From: an uncultured Candidatus Saccharibacteria bacterium
GTDB lineage: Bacteria > Patescibacteriota > Doudnabacteria > UBA920
DNA: 64,000 bases
NCBI GenBank assembly: GCA_964536745.1
Contig: CAZHYL010000001.1
Span: forward strand, 76,961 to 140,960
Direction of reading: 5' to 3'
The number at the start of each line of letters is the position of its first letter. The stretch's first letter is position 1. Below the pieces are notes generated by a model. It was not told the DNA's origin. It was given only the letters and a program-made list of their open reading frames with translations, and ran no database searches. Position numbers and translations under genes: made by a program. Below are positions 47,203 through 57,100 of the stretch, piece by piece.

Positions 47203-47400
47203 ATGAACGGTGTAGTCAAGAAAAAGACTGACAAGGGTTTTGGATTCATCACCCCTGAAGGTTCTGACAAAGACTTATTCTTCCATAGCAATTCTCTCGT
47301 TGGGGTTTCCTTTGACGAAATTCGTGAAGGTGACAATGTTACTTTCGAAGAAGAAGATTCTGCTAAAGGTAAGAATGCTGTAAACGTACAACGCGTTTAA
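47203..47400 (+). CDS. cspA: Cold-shock protein
   Basis: KGFGFI (RNP1), LFFH (RNP2), A.NV; promoter TTGACG-17-TAAAGT at 47093-47121. Confidence 0.95.
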   Translation: MNGVVKKKTDKGFGFITPEGSDKDLFFHSNSLVGVSFDEIREGDNVTFEEEDSAKGKNAVNVQRV

Positions 47401-47412
47401 TCTTTAAAGCTT

Positions 47413-47437
47413 AAAACCGCCCATTGGGCGGTTTTTT
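47413..47437. terminator. Terminator after cspA
   Basis: AAAACCGCCC-ATT-GGGCGGTTTT. Confidence 0.8.
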
Positions 47438-47460
47438 GTTTATAAATGATGATTACTGAA

Positions 47461-48825
47461 CTAAGTAAGGGCCCAAATTGCCCCGACTGCCGAGACAGTC
47501 ATCAAAACTAAAGCAGTATAACCAAATATTTTTGAAAGCATTCCATTCGCCCATTTCCCCATCAGTGATTTATCACTAGAAATCCGAACTATGAAATACA
47601 AAATGATTGGTGAAATTATTCCATTTAATACAGCAGAATATATTAAAGCATGGATTGGATTAATGCCTACCATATTTAAGATGAACCCTAAGACCATAGC
47701 AAAGATAATTACTCCATAAAATGCATAAGCATGACGTAAACCTCTGCTAAATCCAAATGACCAATGAAAACTTTCTGATAAAGCATACGCCGCACTGCCA
47801 GCTAAGACAGGGACAGCTAAAAGACCGGTACCAATAATACCCAATGCGAAAAGAGTGTAAGCTTGACTACCAGCAAGCGGTAGCAGTGCCCTTGCGGCAT
47901 CTTCAGCTGTATTAACTTCAATCCCTTGAGGAAATAGCACAGCAGCCGAAGTTACAATTACGAAAAACATTACTATATTAGACAACGTCATTCCCACGAA
48001 TACATCGAAGCGCATTCTACTAATTTCAGACTTCCTCACAGACTGATGGCGGAGTTTTACATTAATCTTTCCACTCATTCTGCGTTCCTCAACCTCTTGA
48101 GCTGTTTGCCAAAAGAATAAATATGGAGAAATTGTTGTTCCAAGGATAGCAGTGATCAAAATAAAACTATCCCGATTCAGTTCAAACATTGGCAACAAAG
48201 TTCTATGCCAAATTTCTGGCCACGGTAGATAATCTAAACTCAAAGCTGTAACTATATAGAGGAGCAGAACCAGCGTTAAATACTTTAGATACCTAGCGTA
48301 ACTTGAGTAAGAAACAAAAACCTGCAACGATAAACTGATAATAGTGAACAGTAACAGGTATGTTAAAAAATTAACGCTTGGAAAAATTAACTGAGCAGCC
48401 TTACTCATTGCTCCAAGATCGGCGCCCAAGTTAAAAACATTAGTAATAAACAATATCGCCGCCAATGAATACAGGACTACCTTTGGGTAACGCAAACGGA
48501 TATTGCCAGCCAAACCCCGCCCTGTAGCAATACCAATCCGAGCGCACATCTCTTGTACTGCTATCATTAATGGCCAAGTGAATAAGGCTGTCCATAACAA
48601 AGCAAAGCCAAATTTTGCACCAGCCTGTGAGTAAGTTGCGATCCCTGAAGGGTCATCATCCGATGCCCCTGTCGTTAAACCAGGGCCCACTGCATACCAA
48701 TAGCCTTCTGCCTCTCGTAAAGGTCGTCTAATATTAGTCAAAGCCTGCTCACTTTTAACAATAACCTCGTCCAAAGCCTTGGCTGGGGCTTCTGCTATCT
48801 CGGTAATAATTTTTTCTGTTTTCAT
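47461..48825 (-). CDS. NRAMP-family divalent metal transporter
   Basis: GPGL.TGASDDDPSGIATYSQAGA, QEMCAR, GTTISPY, ~11 TM. Confidence 0.9.
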   Translation of the reverse strand: MKTEKIITEIAEAPAKALDEVIVKSEQALTNIRRPLREAEGYWYAVGPGLTTGASDDDPSGIATYSQAGAKFGFALLWTALFTWPLMIAVQEMCARIGIATGRGLAGNIRLRYPKVVLYSLAAILFITNVFNLGADLGAMSKAAQLIFPSVNFLTYLLLFTIISLSLQVFVSYSSYARYLKYLTLVLLLYIVTALSLDYLPWPEIWHRTLLPMFELNRDSFILITAILGTTISPYLFFWQTAQEVEERRMSGKINVKLRHQSVRKSEISRMRFDVFVGMTLSNIVMFFVIVTSAAVLFPQGIEVNTAEDAARALLPLAGSQAYTLFALGIIGTGLLAVPVLAGSAAYALSESFHWSFGFSRGLRHAYAFYGVIIFAMVLGFILNMVGINPIHALIYSAVLNGIISPIILYFIVRISSDKSLMGKWANGMLSKIFGYTALVLMTVSAVGAIWALT

Positions 48826-48875
48826 TTTGATTTCAGAACCTTTTGATTAAGGTAATTATCTCATATTTTATGGCT

Positions 48876-48904
48876 TTGACAAAATCCACAATAAAAGTTA
48901 TAAT
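48876..48904 (+). promoter_or_regulatory. Consensus sigma70 promoter of infC-rpmI-rplT
   Basis: Perfect TTGACA-17-TATAAT. Confidence 0.9.
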
Positions 48905-48941
48905 TTACACCAGTTAAAGATAATCTTTCTAAATAAGAGCA

Positions 48942-49448
48942 TTGCAAAAAACTCGTATAAATAAGCAAATCACGGCTCCTGAAATCAGGTTGCTAAATGA
49001 TATGGGCGAACAGCTTGGAATTTTTCCAGTCTCTGAAGCCCTAAAATTAGCAGAAGAGCATGATTTAGATTTAGTGGAAATTTCCCCACACGCGCAGCCA
49101 CCTGTTGTGAAGTTAATAAGCTTCGACAAGTTCAAGTATCAGCAAAAGAAGCTTGAACAGCAACAAAAGAAGCGCGTTAAAAAAGTGGAAGTTAAAACCG
49201 TAAGACTTGGTGCTAAAACAGCTAGTCACGATATCGCTACTAAAGCTAAACAAGCCGACCAATTCCTGCAAGATGGTGATTGGGTAAAGCTAGAATTACG
49301 CATGAGAGGCAGAGAACAAGCCTTTTTGGATCTTGCTCAAGCTCAACTAGAAAGTTTTAAAACTGCTCTATCCGCCCCCTATCGGATTGAGGTGCCTCCT
49401 AAACGAGCCGGAAATACATTAAGTATGACCTTAGCTCCCTCAAAATAA
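48942..49448 (+). CDS. infC: Translation initiation factor IF-3 (non-AUG start)
   Basis: RIN.QI.A.EIRL, LDLVEI, PPV.K, K.KY, RGRE; TTG start (in-frame ATA at 48933 is an alternative). Confidence 0.95.
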   Translation: MQKTRINKQITAPEIRLLNDMGEQLGIFPVSEALKLAEEHDLDLVEISPHAQPPVVKLISFDKFKYQQKKLEQQQKKRVKKVEVKTVRLGAKTASHDIATKAKQADQFLQDGDWVKLELRMRGREQAFLDLAQAQLESFKTALSAPYRIEVPPKRAGNTLSMTLAPSK

Positions 49449-49458
49449 TTTATTTATT

Positions 49459-49653
49459 ATGCCTAAATTAAAAACTCATCAAGGAACAGCTAAGCGTTTC
49501 CGAAAAACTAAATCCGGAAAAATTATGCACCGCACCAGTGGTCAGGACCATTTCAATACTCGTGAGACTGGTAAAGTTGTAAAGAATAAACGCCGTGATT
49601 CTAGTTTAAGCCCAGCTAATAAGCGCGTTGCTAAACTAATCGTTCACAAATAA
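49459..49653 (+). CDS. rpmI: 50S ribosomal protein L35
   Basis: MPKLKTH.GTAKRF..T.SGK. Confidence 0.95.
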   Translation: MPKLKTHQGTAKRFRKTKSGKIMHRTSGQDHFNTRETGKVVKNKRRDSSLSPANKRVAKLIVHK

Positions 49654-49672
49654 TCTATCCAATTAATATCCT

Positions 49673-50020
49673 ATGACAAGAATCAAACGAGGCGTTGCTG
49701 CGAGCAAGCGCCGTAAGAATTTAATAAAAAGAGCTAAAGGTTTTGATAACCGCCGTAGCACTAACTTTGCTCAGGCCCGCGAAGCTCTTCTAAAAGCTGA
49801 TACCTATGCCTACCGAGACCGTCGTAACAAAAAGCGCGATCAACGTGCATTATGGTTAGTAAGACTAGGAGCAGCTCTTCGCGAGAACGGAACCACTTGG
49901 AGTAAATTCGCATCAGTCTTAAAGAAGCAAGGAATTGCACTTAACCGTAAAGTTCTTTCTGAAATAGCTATAAAGGCACCTGCAGGATTCGACAAGATGG
50001 TTGCAGACCTTACAAAGTAA
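49673..50020 (+). CDS. rplT: 50S ribosomal protein L20
   Basis: M.RIKRG, AYRDRR.KKRD.R.LW..R, LNRKVLSEIA. Confidence 0.97.
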   Translation: MTRIKRGVAASKRRKNLIKRAKGFDNRRSTNFAQAREALLKADTYAYRDRRNKKRDQRALWLVRLGAALRENGTTWSKFASVLKKQGIALNRKVLSEIAIKAPAGFDKMVADLTK

Positions 50021-50024
50021 TACT

Positions 50025-50087
50025 AAGAAAACCTTCAATGAAGGTTTTCTTTTTAAATAAAAAACCCCTGCAAACGCAGGGGTTTTT
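50025..50087. terminator. Two tandem terminator hairpins between convergent rplT and ORF 50098
   Basis: AAGAAAACCTTC-AAT-GAAGGTTTTCTT and AAAAACCCCTGC-AAAC-GCAGGGGTTTTT. Confidence 0.75.
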
Positions 50088-50097
50088 GTGAACCAAA

Positions 50098-50745
50098 TTA
50101 TTTGGTTGGTGTAGCTGGAGCTTGTGTAGCTGGAGCTTGGGTAGCAGGAGCTTGTGTAGCTGGAGCTTGCTGTGTGTTTTGTGCTGGAGGATTCTTTTGG
50201 TATTCACGAATCGCAGTCATCACACGACCATCTTCTTTGATATCTTCGTAGAATAAGATTTGGTCTCGGTTGATCTTCATTTCGTCTACAGGACCATGAA
50301 GTTCATTACCTAACTTAACTAAAGATAATTGAGCTTGTGCTTGAGCTTGTGCTTGAGTCTGAGCTGCAGTTGGCTGCCCGCCAGTCCCTTGGGAAGCTTG
50401 TTGTACTGGAGGCTGGGTTACCTGAAGATAATAAATATCGTTCAATGTAGCGTAGGTTGCACTTACATCGGATAATTTACCGAAATAAACTTGTCCGTTA
50501 GTAAGGAATACTGCTTGATAACCAGAAAGCTGTTGCTCTTCTGTTTGAGTTGCTGTACCATCATCTTTTCCAGGGAATAGCTTATCTCGGAACAAGATTG
50601 CTGCGATAATGATAACCAAAACTACTACTGCTAATACAATCCATGGCATGTTATTGCCATTACCGGAACCCATGCGAGAAGGCATGCCTCCACCTAAAGA
50701 ATCACCACGGCCGTCTGGACGACCAACACGAATATCATCTGACAT
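50098..50745 (-). CDS. Conserved CPR single-TM protein (Sm-like extracellular domain)
   Basis: YQAVFLTNGQVYFGKL, IYYLQ, LVKLGNELHGP.D...IN.D.ILF.E; QAQA insert and APATQ tail. Confidence 0.8.
   Translation of the reverse strand: MSDDIRVGRPDGRGDSLGGGMPSRMGSGNGNNMPWIVLAVVVLVIIIAAILFRDKLFPGKDDGTATQTEEQQLSGYQAVFLTNGQVYFGKLSDVSATYATLNDIYYLQVTQPPVQQASQGTGGQPTAAQTQAQAQAQAQLSLVKLGNELHGPVDEMKINRDQILFYEDIKEDGRVMTAIREYQKNPPAQNTQQAPATQAPATQAPATQAPATPTK
50110..50169 (-). repeat. 15-bp coding tandem repeat (APATQ x ~4)
   Basis: GGAGCTTGTGTAGCT units repeated in tandem. Confidence 0.85.
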
Positions 50746-50796
50746 AAAATTTATTTTAAATAATTAATTAAACTCACTTCCCTCCAGTTGTTCGAC

Positions 50797-51336
50797 CTAA
50801 CACCTCATAGAGATGGTGGTATACATATTTTGCCTGTCGGCATGATAATCATAAAGTGAAAGTTTTGCGTAATCCGACCTTACTTCCGCGCTAAATTTTA
50901 GCCTCCCCACTACAAATGCGGTTGATTGCGGGATAGCTGGCAAGTTCCGCGAGTCTTGGATAGGCGACAAACCATCTTCAGTATATAGATCTTTAATTTC
51001 TAGGCTTGCAACTTTTACTGAAGGGACGTCTGATGGTGCTGTTACAACTCGCAGACTTTGGGTTTGGGTTTGGGTTTGAACTTCTAATGAATCGCAAGCT
51101 TGCCAGATTAACCAGTCGATTCTTTCTAGAGAAAGACCAGAGAAACCACATAAACTTGCTGTATTGGCCTCAGAAACAACCACACTCGATGAAGAAGTGC
51201 TACTCACCACTTCTATCGGTACCTGAGTAGATTCCGGCTCCACAACGCTCACAGAGCTTCCACTTGCCACTTGAGGGCCCAGAAGTCCTAATAATAAGCT
51301 TGCGCTTGCTAAAATTTTAATAAATATTGATTTCAT
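50797..51336 (-). CDS. Exported hypothetical protein
   Basis: Signal peptide, Ser/Val-rich; start overlaps upstream stop (ATGA). Confidence 0.6.
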   Translation of the reverse strand: MKSIFIKILASASLLLGLLGPQVASGSSVSVVEPESTQVPIEVVSSTSSSSVVVSEANTASLCGFSGLSLERIDWLIWQACDSLEVQTQTQTQSLRVVTAPSDVPSVKVASLEIKDLYTEDGLSPIQDSRNLPAIPQSTAFVVGRLKFSAEVRSDYAKLSLYDYHADRQNMYTTISMRC

Positions 51337-52175
51337 TCTTGTATAGTAACCGAATCACCAGCGACTTGAGGTACAACCTCGGCATCATTTTGATGATAAT
51401 AAATTGTCTGAGCAACTGAAGGCACCTGCATCTCTGGCAAAAGAGCTAAAATACCAATCGGGATTGCTACTAACATTACTGCTAAAGCTGGCCATAACCA
51501 AACCCATTGCTTGGCTGGCTCAGAAATTGCTTCGGGAGCATCTATAACAGTAATTAAACCCTCTGGCTTAGTAACTGTCCTAGAAACAACACTTAAGCTA
51601 GGTGAAAAATTCTCTGTAAGGTCAATTTTCTGTTTGGCTTGGCTTGCTAAAGCGTGGATCATCTGTTCATGTTCTACTAATTTCTGGTTGATAGACTGAA
51701 CATTAACTGCAATTTGCAGTACTTCCTGCTTAAGAGAATCCAGCTTCATCCTTGTAATAAGACTTTGAACAGAATGTTCTGCTCTAGCAGGTACTTGGGT
51801 ACGCAAAGCAATATCCATTCCTTCCACCTCGCTGATGACTTCACTATCCACAACTACCGAGTTCCTTACTTTTACAATATCAGTTACCTGTCTCTGGATT
51901 GGTGTGACCTGCTTCACACTCTGAACCTGCTCCATAACTACCTCACTTGCAGAACCTGTGTCTTCATCCGAGTCTTCGAGATCTAAACCTTGGCCAGAAA
52001 GAAGTATCTTTAGCTCTGTCTGCGTGGTGTACCAATTTCTCCCGATTTTATCAGCTCTTATTTTGCCCATACGACAAAGCTGACCCAAATAATCCTGGTG
52101 ATACCCAGATATTTCGGCAGCTTGTGACAGTGAGATACGGTGTGGAAATTGAGATTGTGTTAAAGTAGAATCCAC
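51333..52175 (-). CDS. HTH (excisionase/MerR-like) protein with coiled coil and C-terminal TM
   Basis: ISLSQAA..SGY..DYLGQLCR.GKI.A.KIGRNWYT; TM WVWLWPALAVMLVAIPIGILALL. Confidence 0.75.
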   Translation of the reverse strand: MDSTLTQSQFPHRISLSQAAEISGYHQDYLGQLCRMGKIRADKIGRNWYTTQTELKILLSGQGLDLEDSDEDTGSASEVVMEQVQSVKQVTPIQRQVTDIVKVRNSVVVDSEVISEVEGMDIALRTQVPARAEHSVQSLITRMKLDSLKQEVLQIAVNVQSINQKLVEHEQMIHALASQAKQKIDLTENFSPSLSVVSRTVTKPEGLITVIDAPEAISEPAKQWVWLWPALAVMLVAIPIGILALLPEMQVPSVAQTIYYHQNDAEVVPQVAGDSVTIQE

Positions 52176-52336
52176 GATTTTATGAATTTGATTTCTTTTT
52201 CACTTGAATTTAAATCTAGAAATATTATAGCATATTTTGAAAGTAAAGGGAGGTTTTGTCAACTTATTTAACTTTTTATACTTGACGGTATGAAAACTAA
52301 AAAGGTATGATGAAATCACGTTATTATTTTAAATTC

Positions 52337-52816
52337 ATGCCCAGACCGCTAGCTAAATTCTCTCAAGATATTCTGTTGTTTTTGCAGAAACAAGGCCCAC
52401 AAATGCTCCATCAATTATATAAAGAGTTCGATGGCCAAGCAAATAAAAAGAAAATATACGACACCATATTCCGACTTCAAACTCAAGGAGTTGTAAATTT
52501 ACACAATGATCGCTACAGCGTGAGTGATGATGCCAGCATACTTATGCACACCATCACTAAGCAACGAGATGGAATTTGGAAGATGGTTATTTTTGATATC
52601 CCCGAAACCCAACGCCAAGTGCGTAACGTACTTCGAGCAAAACTTATCTCATTAGGTTTCAAAAAATGGCAAAATAGTATCTGGATGTGTCCCTATACCC
52701 TAGCACCAGAGATTGAAGCTGAATTAAATGAACTAGCGAAGAAATTTTTTATCCGTCTGATTAAAACCTCGGATATCAATGTAACTGAAGATTTAGAAAA
52801 GTTGTTTAAGGATTAA
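52337..52816 (+). CDS. PaaX-like transcriptional regulator (wHTH + Cas2-like domain)
   Basis: DGIWKMVIFDIPE..R..R..LR..L..LGF...Q.S.W..P; promoter TTGACG-18-TATGAT at 52282-52311 makes ATG 52337 the likely start. Confidence 0.8.
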   Translation: MPRPLAKFSQDILLFLQKQGPQMLHQLYKEFDGQANKKKIYDTIFRLQTQGVVNLHNDRYSVSDDASILMHTITKQRDGIWKMVIFDIPETQRQVRNVLRAKLISLGFKKWQNSIWMCPYTLAPEIEAELNELAKKFFIRLIKTSDINVTEDLEKLFKD

Positions 52817-52862
52817 AAAACCAGCCTGCAATAGCTGGCTGGATTGACTCCGATCTTTTCCC

Positions 52863-52922
52863 TTAGCAGAACCCGCCTCGGAAGAAAATGTAAAAAGCTG
52901 CTCTTATCATTAAGATAAACAT
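52863..52922 (-). CDS. Unannotated 19-aa hydrophobic peptide MFILMIRAAFYIFFRGGFC
   Basis: Promoter TTGTCA-17-TATACT (52993-52965), SD AGGAGGG 5 nt before ATG, terminator 52815-52842. Confidence 0.6.
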   Translation of the reverse strand: MFILMIRAAFYIFFRGGFC

Positions 52923-53021
52923 TGTTTCCCTCCTAAATTTCTGGCTTAGTAACTTAGCTAGAGCAGTATAGCCCAAACCAGCTCATTTGACAAGAAACTA
53001 AAATATAAACTTACGCAATAA

Positions 53022-53056
53022 AAATACGCTACCTAGACGGTCTAAGTAGCGTATTT
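53022..53056 (-). terminator. Terminator of the nrd operon
   Basis: AAATACGCTAC.TAGAC...GTCTA.GTAGCGTATTT long hairpin. Confidence 0.75.
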
Positions 53057-53064
53057 ATGATAAT

Positions 53065-54099
53065 TTACCAATCCAGAGTGCCGCCGGTTTGGTACTCGAT
53101 GACACGAGTTTCAAAGAAATTCTTTTCTTTATTCAAATCTACAGCTTCACTCATCCAAGGGAATGGATTCTCGACATTATACTGGGTTGGTAAACCAACA
53201 CTGCTTAAGCGGCGGTCAGCAATATGTTCGATATACTGCTTGAACCCTTCAGCGTTCATTCCAAAGATTCCCTTAGGAAAGACGGTTTGAGCGAAAGTAT
53301 ATTCCAAAACGGTTGCTTCTTTTACCAACGCTACCATTTTAGCTTGGAACTCCGGTGTCCAAATTTCTGGCTGTTCTTGCTTGATAGTATTTATAAGATA
53401 TATTCCAAAGTTTAAGTGCATTGATTCGTCACGCATAATATATTGAATCTGTTCGGCGCTTCCGACCATTTTCTTCTGTCTCTGAAAACCAAACATCACG
53501 GCAAATGCGCTATAGAAGAAAATACCTTCCATAATTAATGAAAATACAACGATATTTTCTACAAACTTTTGATCGCTTTCTAATGTTCCGGTCTTAAAGT
53601 TAGGATCAAAAATTCCTTCATTGAAAGTCAGAATAAACGAAGCTTTATTGTAAATTGAATCGATTTCTCGATACATGTTAAAGATTTTACCCTCATCCAT
53701 TGCCAAGCTTTCTACAATATATTGATAAGCGTGAGTATGGATAGCTTCTTCAAAGGCCTGGCGTAATAAATACATTCTTACCTCAGGTGAAGTAATATGC
53801 CTGTAAGTGGCCATCACAATATTATTAGCAGCAATAGAGTCTGCGGTTGTAAAGAACCCTAAAACAGTCTCGAATGCCTGTCGTTCATCGGCAGAAAGAA
53901 CATTAGAATTTTTCCATTGTTCAATGTCTAACTGCATGCCGATTTCAGTTGGTAGCCAGTGATTAGCATTAGCAGCTAAGTAAGTATCCCAAGCGTACTT
54001 ATGCTTCATTGGATATAGCTGAATTACATCCGCATCTTTTCCATTTATGATTTTACGATCGTTGATATTTACTCTCTGATTAGTTTTTTGAATTGGCAT
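53065..54099 (-). CDS. nrdB: Class Ia ribonucleotide reductase beta subunit
   Basis: Metal ligands D (TADS), EEAIH, EG..FY, DESMH; radical Tyr in HTHAY; NFFETRV.EY. Confidence 0.95.
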   Translation of the reverse strand: MPIQKTNQRVNINDRKIINGKDADVIQLYPMKHKYAWDTYLAANANHWLPTEIGMQLDIEQWKNSNVLSADERQAFETVLGFFTTADSIAANNIVMATYRHITSPEVRMYLLRQAFEEAIHTHAYQYIVESLAMDEGKIFNMYREIDSIYNKASFILTFNEGIFDPNFKTGTLESDQKFVENIVVFSLIMEGIFFYSAFAVMFGFQRQKKMVGSAEQIQYIMRDESMHLNFGIYLINTIKQEQPEIWTPEFQAKMVALVKEATVLEYTFAQTVFPKGIFGMNAEGFKQYIEHIADRRLSSVGLPTQYNVENPFPWMSEAVDLNKEKNFFETRVIEYQTGGTLDW

Positions 54100-54116
54100 A
54101 GAATTCTAAAGATTAA

Positions 54117-57100
54117 TTACTGACAAGCCATACAGTCTGGATCATCCAATCGGCACAGTTTAAATTCAGTCTGCAACATGCTTACTGGATCTGGTGCTGT
54201 CTCGGTTACCTCATTAACGACCTGCTCTTCTAAGCCTAGTCTAGAGGATAAATCTTCTGTGACTACAGTAGATTCCATGACTGCTTCGGTTTCGGTAATC
54301 TTAGCAGTAAATGAAGTCTGTGTCTGCATAGCTGTTCCATCTGACCCAAGCACCGTTCCAATAGTAGCTCCTGCCATAGCGATTTCTGGAACTGGTGTAT
54401 TAATTTCCACAGGGGTTGCTAAGGCATCGGCCAATGGGCTAGCGCCACGTAAATGAGTCTTACCAAAAGTAGCGGTGTCCACAGTGGACTTCTCTACCTG
54501 TGATGCTGCCATAGTTCTTAGATAGTAAGTAGTCTTTACGCCCATATCCCAAGCGTACAAGTAAATATCATTAATTTCTTTACCGCTCTTGCCGGCATAG
54601 AAAATATTTAAACTTTGGGATTGATCGATCCATTTACCGCGGAAGGCAGCAGCCTTAATCAACCAACGAGAATCAATTTCAAATACTTCTTTATACTTCT
54701 CTTTTAGGTCCTGAGGGACTTCTGGAATTTCTGTCACCCTTCCATCAAAGAACTTAAGCTTAGTAAGCATATCCTCGTTCCATAAACCACGATCCTTCAA
54801 GTCCTTCACTAAGTAATGGTTTACTACAACGAAGTCTCCAGAAATGTTTGCCTTTACATAAATGTTCTTGTAAATCGGTTCGATAGCAGGAATAGCACCA
54901 GAGATATTAGAAATAGTGGCAGTTGGTGCGATTGCCATACAGTTGGAATTTCGCATACCATGCTCTTTGATGGAATCGCGGACAACACTCCAGTCTAACA
55001 GACCGGTTCGAGACACAGGAATTTGAGTTCCCCTCTCTTCTTCCAGTAAGGCAATCGTATCTACTGGCAAAATACCTCGATCCCACTTTGAGCCACGGAA
55101 ACTTGCATAAGCGCCACGTTCTTTTGCTAATTGCGAAGAAGCTAAAATAGCATAATAGCTAATGGCTTCTTGGCTAGAATCTGCCAACTGAACCATTTCT
55201 TCACTATCAAAGTTGATATTCATCTGATACAACGCATCGTGGAAACCCATTACACCAAGCCCTACAGGACGATGCTTCATATTGGAATTTTTTCCTTCAA
55301 TAGTAGGATAGAAATTTAGGTCGATGACATTATCTAACATTCTCATTGCAACTGTTACTGTGTACTGAATTTTTTGAATATCCAACTGGCCATTCATGAC
55401 ATGACGAGCTAGGTTGATAGACCCTAAGTTACATACAGCAGTTTCATTGCTAGTGGTGTTTAGAGTAATTTCAGTACAAAGGTTGGAGCTGTGGACTACG
55501 CCAACGTGGTCTTGAGGTGAGCGAATATTAGAAGGGTCCTTAAAGGTAACCCAAGGATGACCAGTTTCAAACAACATGGTTAACATTTTCTTCCATAAAT
55601 CTTTTGCTGGCATTTGACGGAACAATCGTAATTCACCAGCCAACCCTAGTTGTTCATATTGTTCGTAGCGTTTTTTGAATTCAACACCATAAAGGTCATG
55701 CAAATCTGGAGTTTCGTCTGGGCTAAACAAGGACCACATTTTATCTTCCTTAACTCTTTGCATAAACAGATCTGGCACCCAATTAGCAGTGTTCATATCA
55801 TGAGTACGACGACGTTCATCACCAGTGTTTTTGCGAAGTTCAAGAAAATCTTCAATATCCCAATGCCAAGATTCTAAGTAAGCACAAGTTGCACCGCGCC
55901 TGCGACCACTTCGATTAATCGCTACAGTTGTGTCGTTAGCAATTTTTAGGAATGGGATTACTCCTTGGCTCTCTACACCGGTTCTTTTAATCTGCGCACC
56001 TGTGCCACGAAGATTACTCCAGTCATTAGCAACGCCGCCTGCCCATTTGGACATTTGAGCGTTATCACCAAGTGACTTAAAGATATTATCTAAATCGTCT
56101 TCAATGGTAGTTAAATAACAAGAAGACAACTGTGGGTGAATTGTTCCAGCGTGGAATAAGGTTGGAGATGAAGGAACAAAGTGAAGAGTGGAAGTAATTC
56201 TGTAAAATTCTACAGCACGAGCTTCTTTGTCGTGCTCTAACAAAGCCACGCCCATTGCCACACGCATCCAAAACATTTGAGGAGTTTCCAAAATCTGCTT
56301 AGTATCGGGGTTTTTTGTGAAGTAACGATCGTATAGTGTTTGTACACCTAAATAATTAAGTAAGTTGTCTCGCTCCATTACTAACTCAGATGCCAAATAC
56401 TCTAAATTGAAAGTAAGCATTCGTGGGTCTAAACGACCAATAGAAACACCTTCTTGAATGCGTTTTATAAACGCCTGCCTCATTTGCTGTTCTACCTTAC
56501 CGCCTGCAAAATCAATTACATCTTCACCGATAACCTCTTTGTATAACTTATTAGTAAGGAGTCTGGCAGCAACGAAAGAATAAGCTGGATCCTTTTCAAT
56601 AAACGACCGAAGTACCATTATTAAAGCTCTCTCAATTTCTGCTGTTTTTATATCTTCGTAAAGTTCTAAACGCAATTGGTTCATAATTGCATTCACATCA
56701 ATATCAGCTGAATATTCACCAAGAATTTTTTCTAAGCTGGCTTTAACTTTATTCACATCGAAAGGTTGCTTTGAACCATCTCTTTTAACAACCATAAACT
56801 CACTAGTGGAAATCTTTTCCAAAACCTCTGCCTGTTTCTGCTGTCTCTCTTTGGTGTGTTCGTAGCGATAAATAATGTAAGCCTTAGCAACCTCAAACAA
56901 ACCCTTTTCCATTAACTTTCGTTCAACTACATTTTGAACATCTTCTACACTTGGAGCAGAGTCAACAAAGTTTGCATCTAAATCTGCAATAACAGCTTTG
57001 GCAATTTCGGTCGTTAAAGACTGATTGGTCTTAAAATAAACTTGTACATAAGCTTTGCTTATTGCAACATCAATTTTATTTGGGTCGAAGTCTACAATTT

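Noticed and set aside
51057-51078. TTTGGG x3.5 telomere-like repeat
   Set aside because: In-frame hexamer repeat encoding QTQTQTQ in ORF 50797-51336; too short to imply a separate function
52337-52816. Cas2-like domain suggesting a CRISPR-Cas system
   Set aside because: It is fused to a winged HTH as in PaaX-like regulators; no repeat-spacer array or other cas gene is visible in the window
53065-54099. Class Ic or metal-free RNR beta subunit
   Set aside because: All six metal ligands and the radical Tyr are retained, consistent with class Ia
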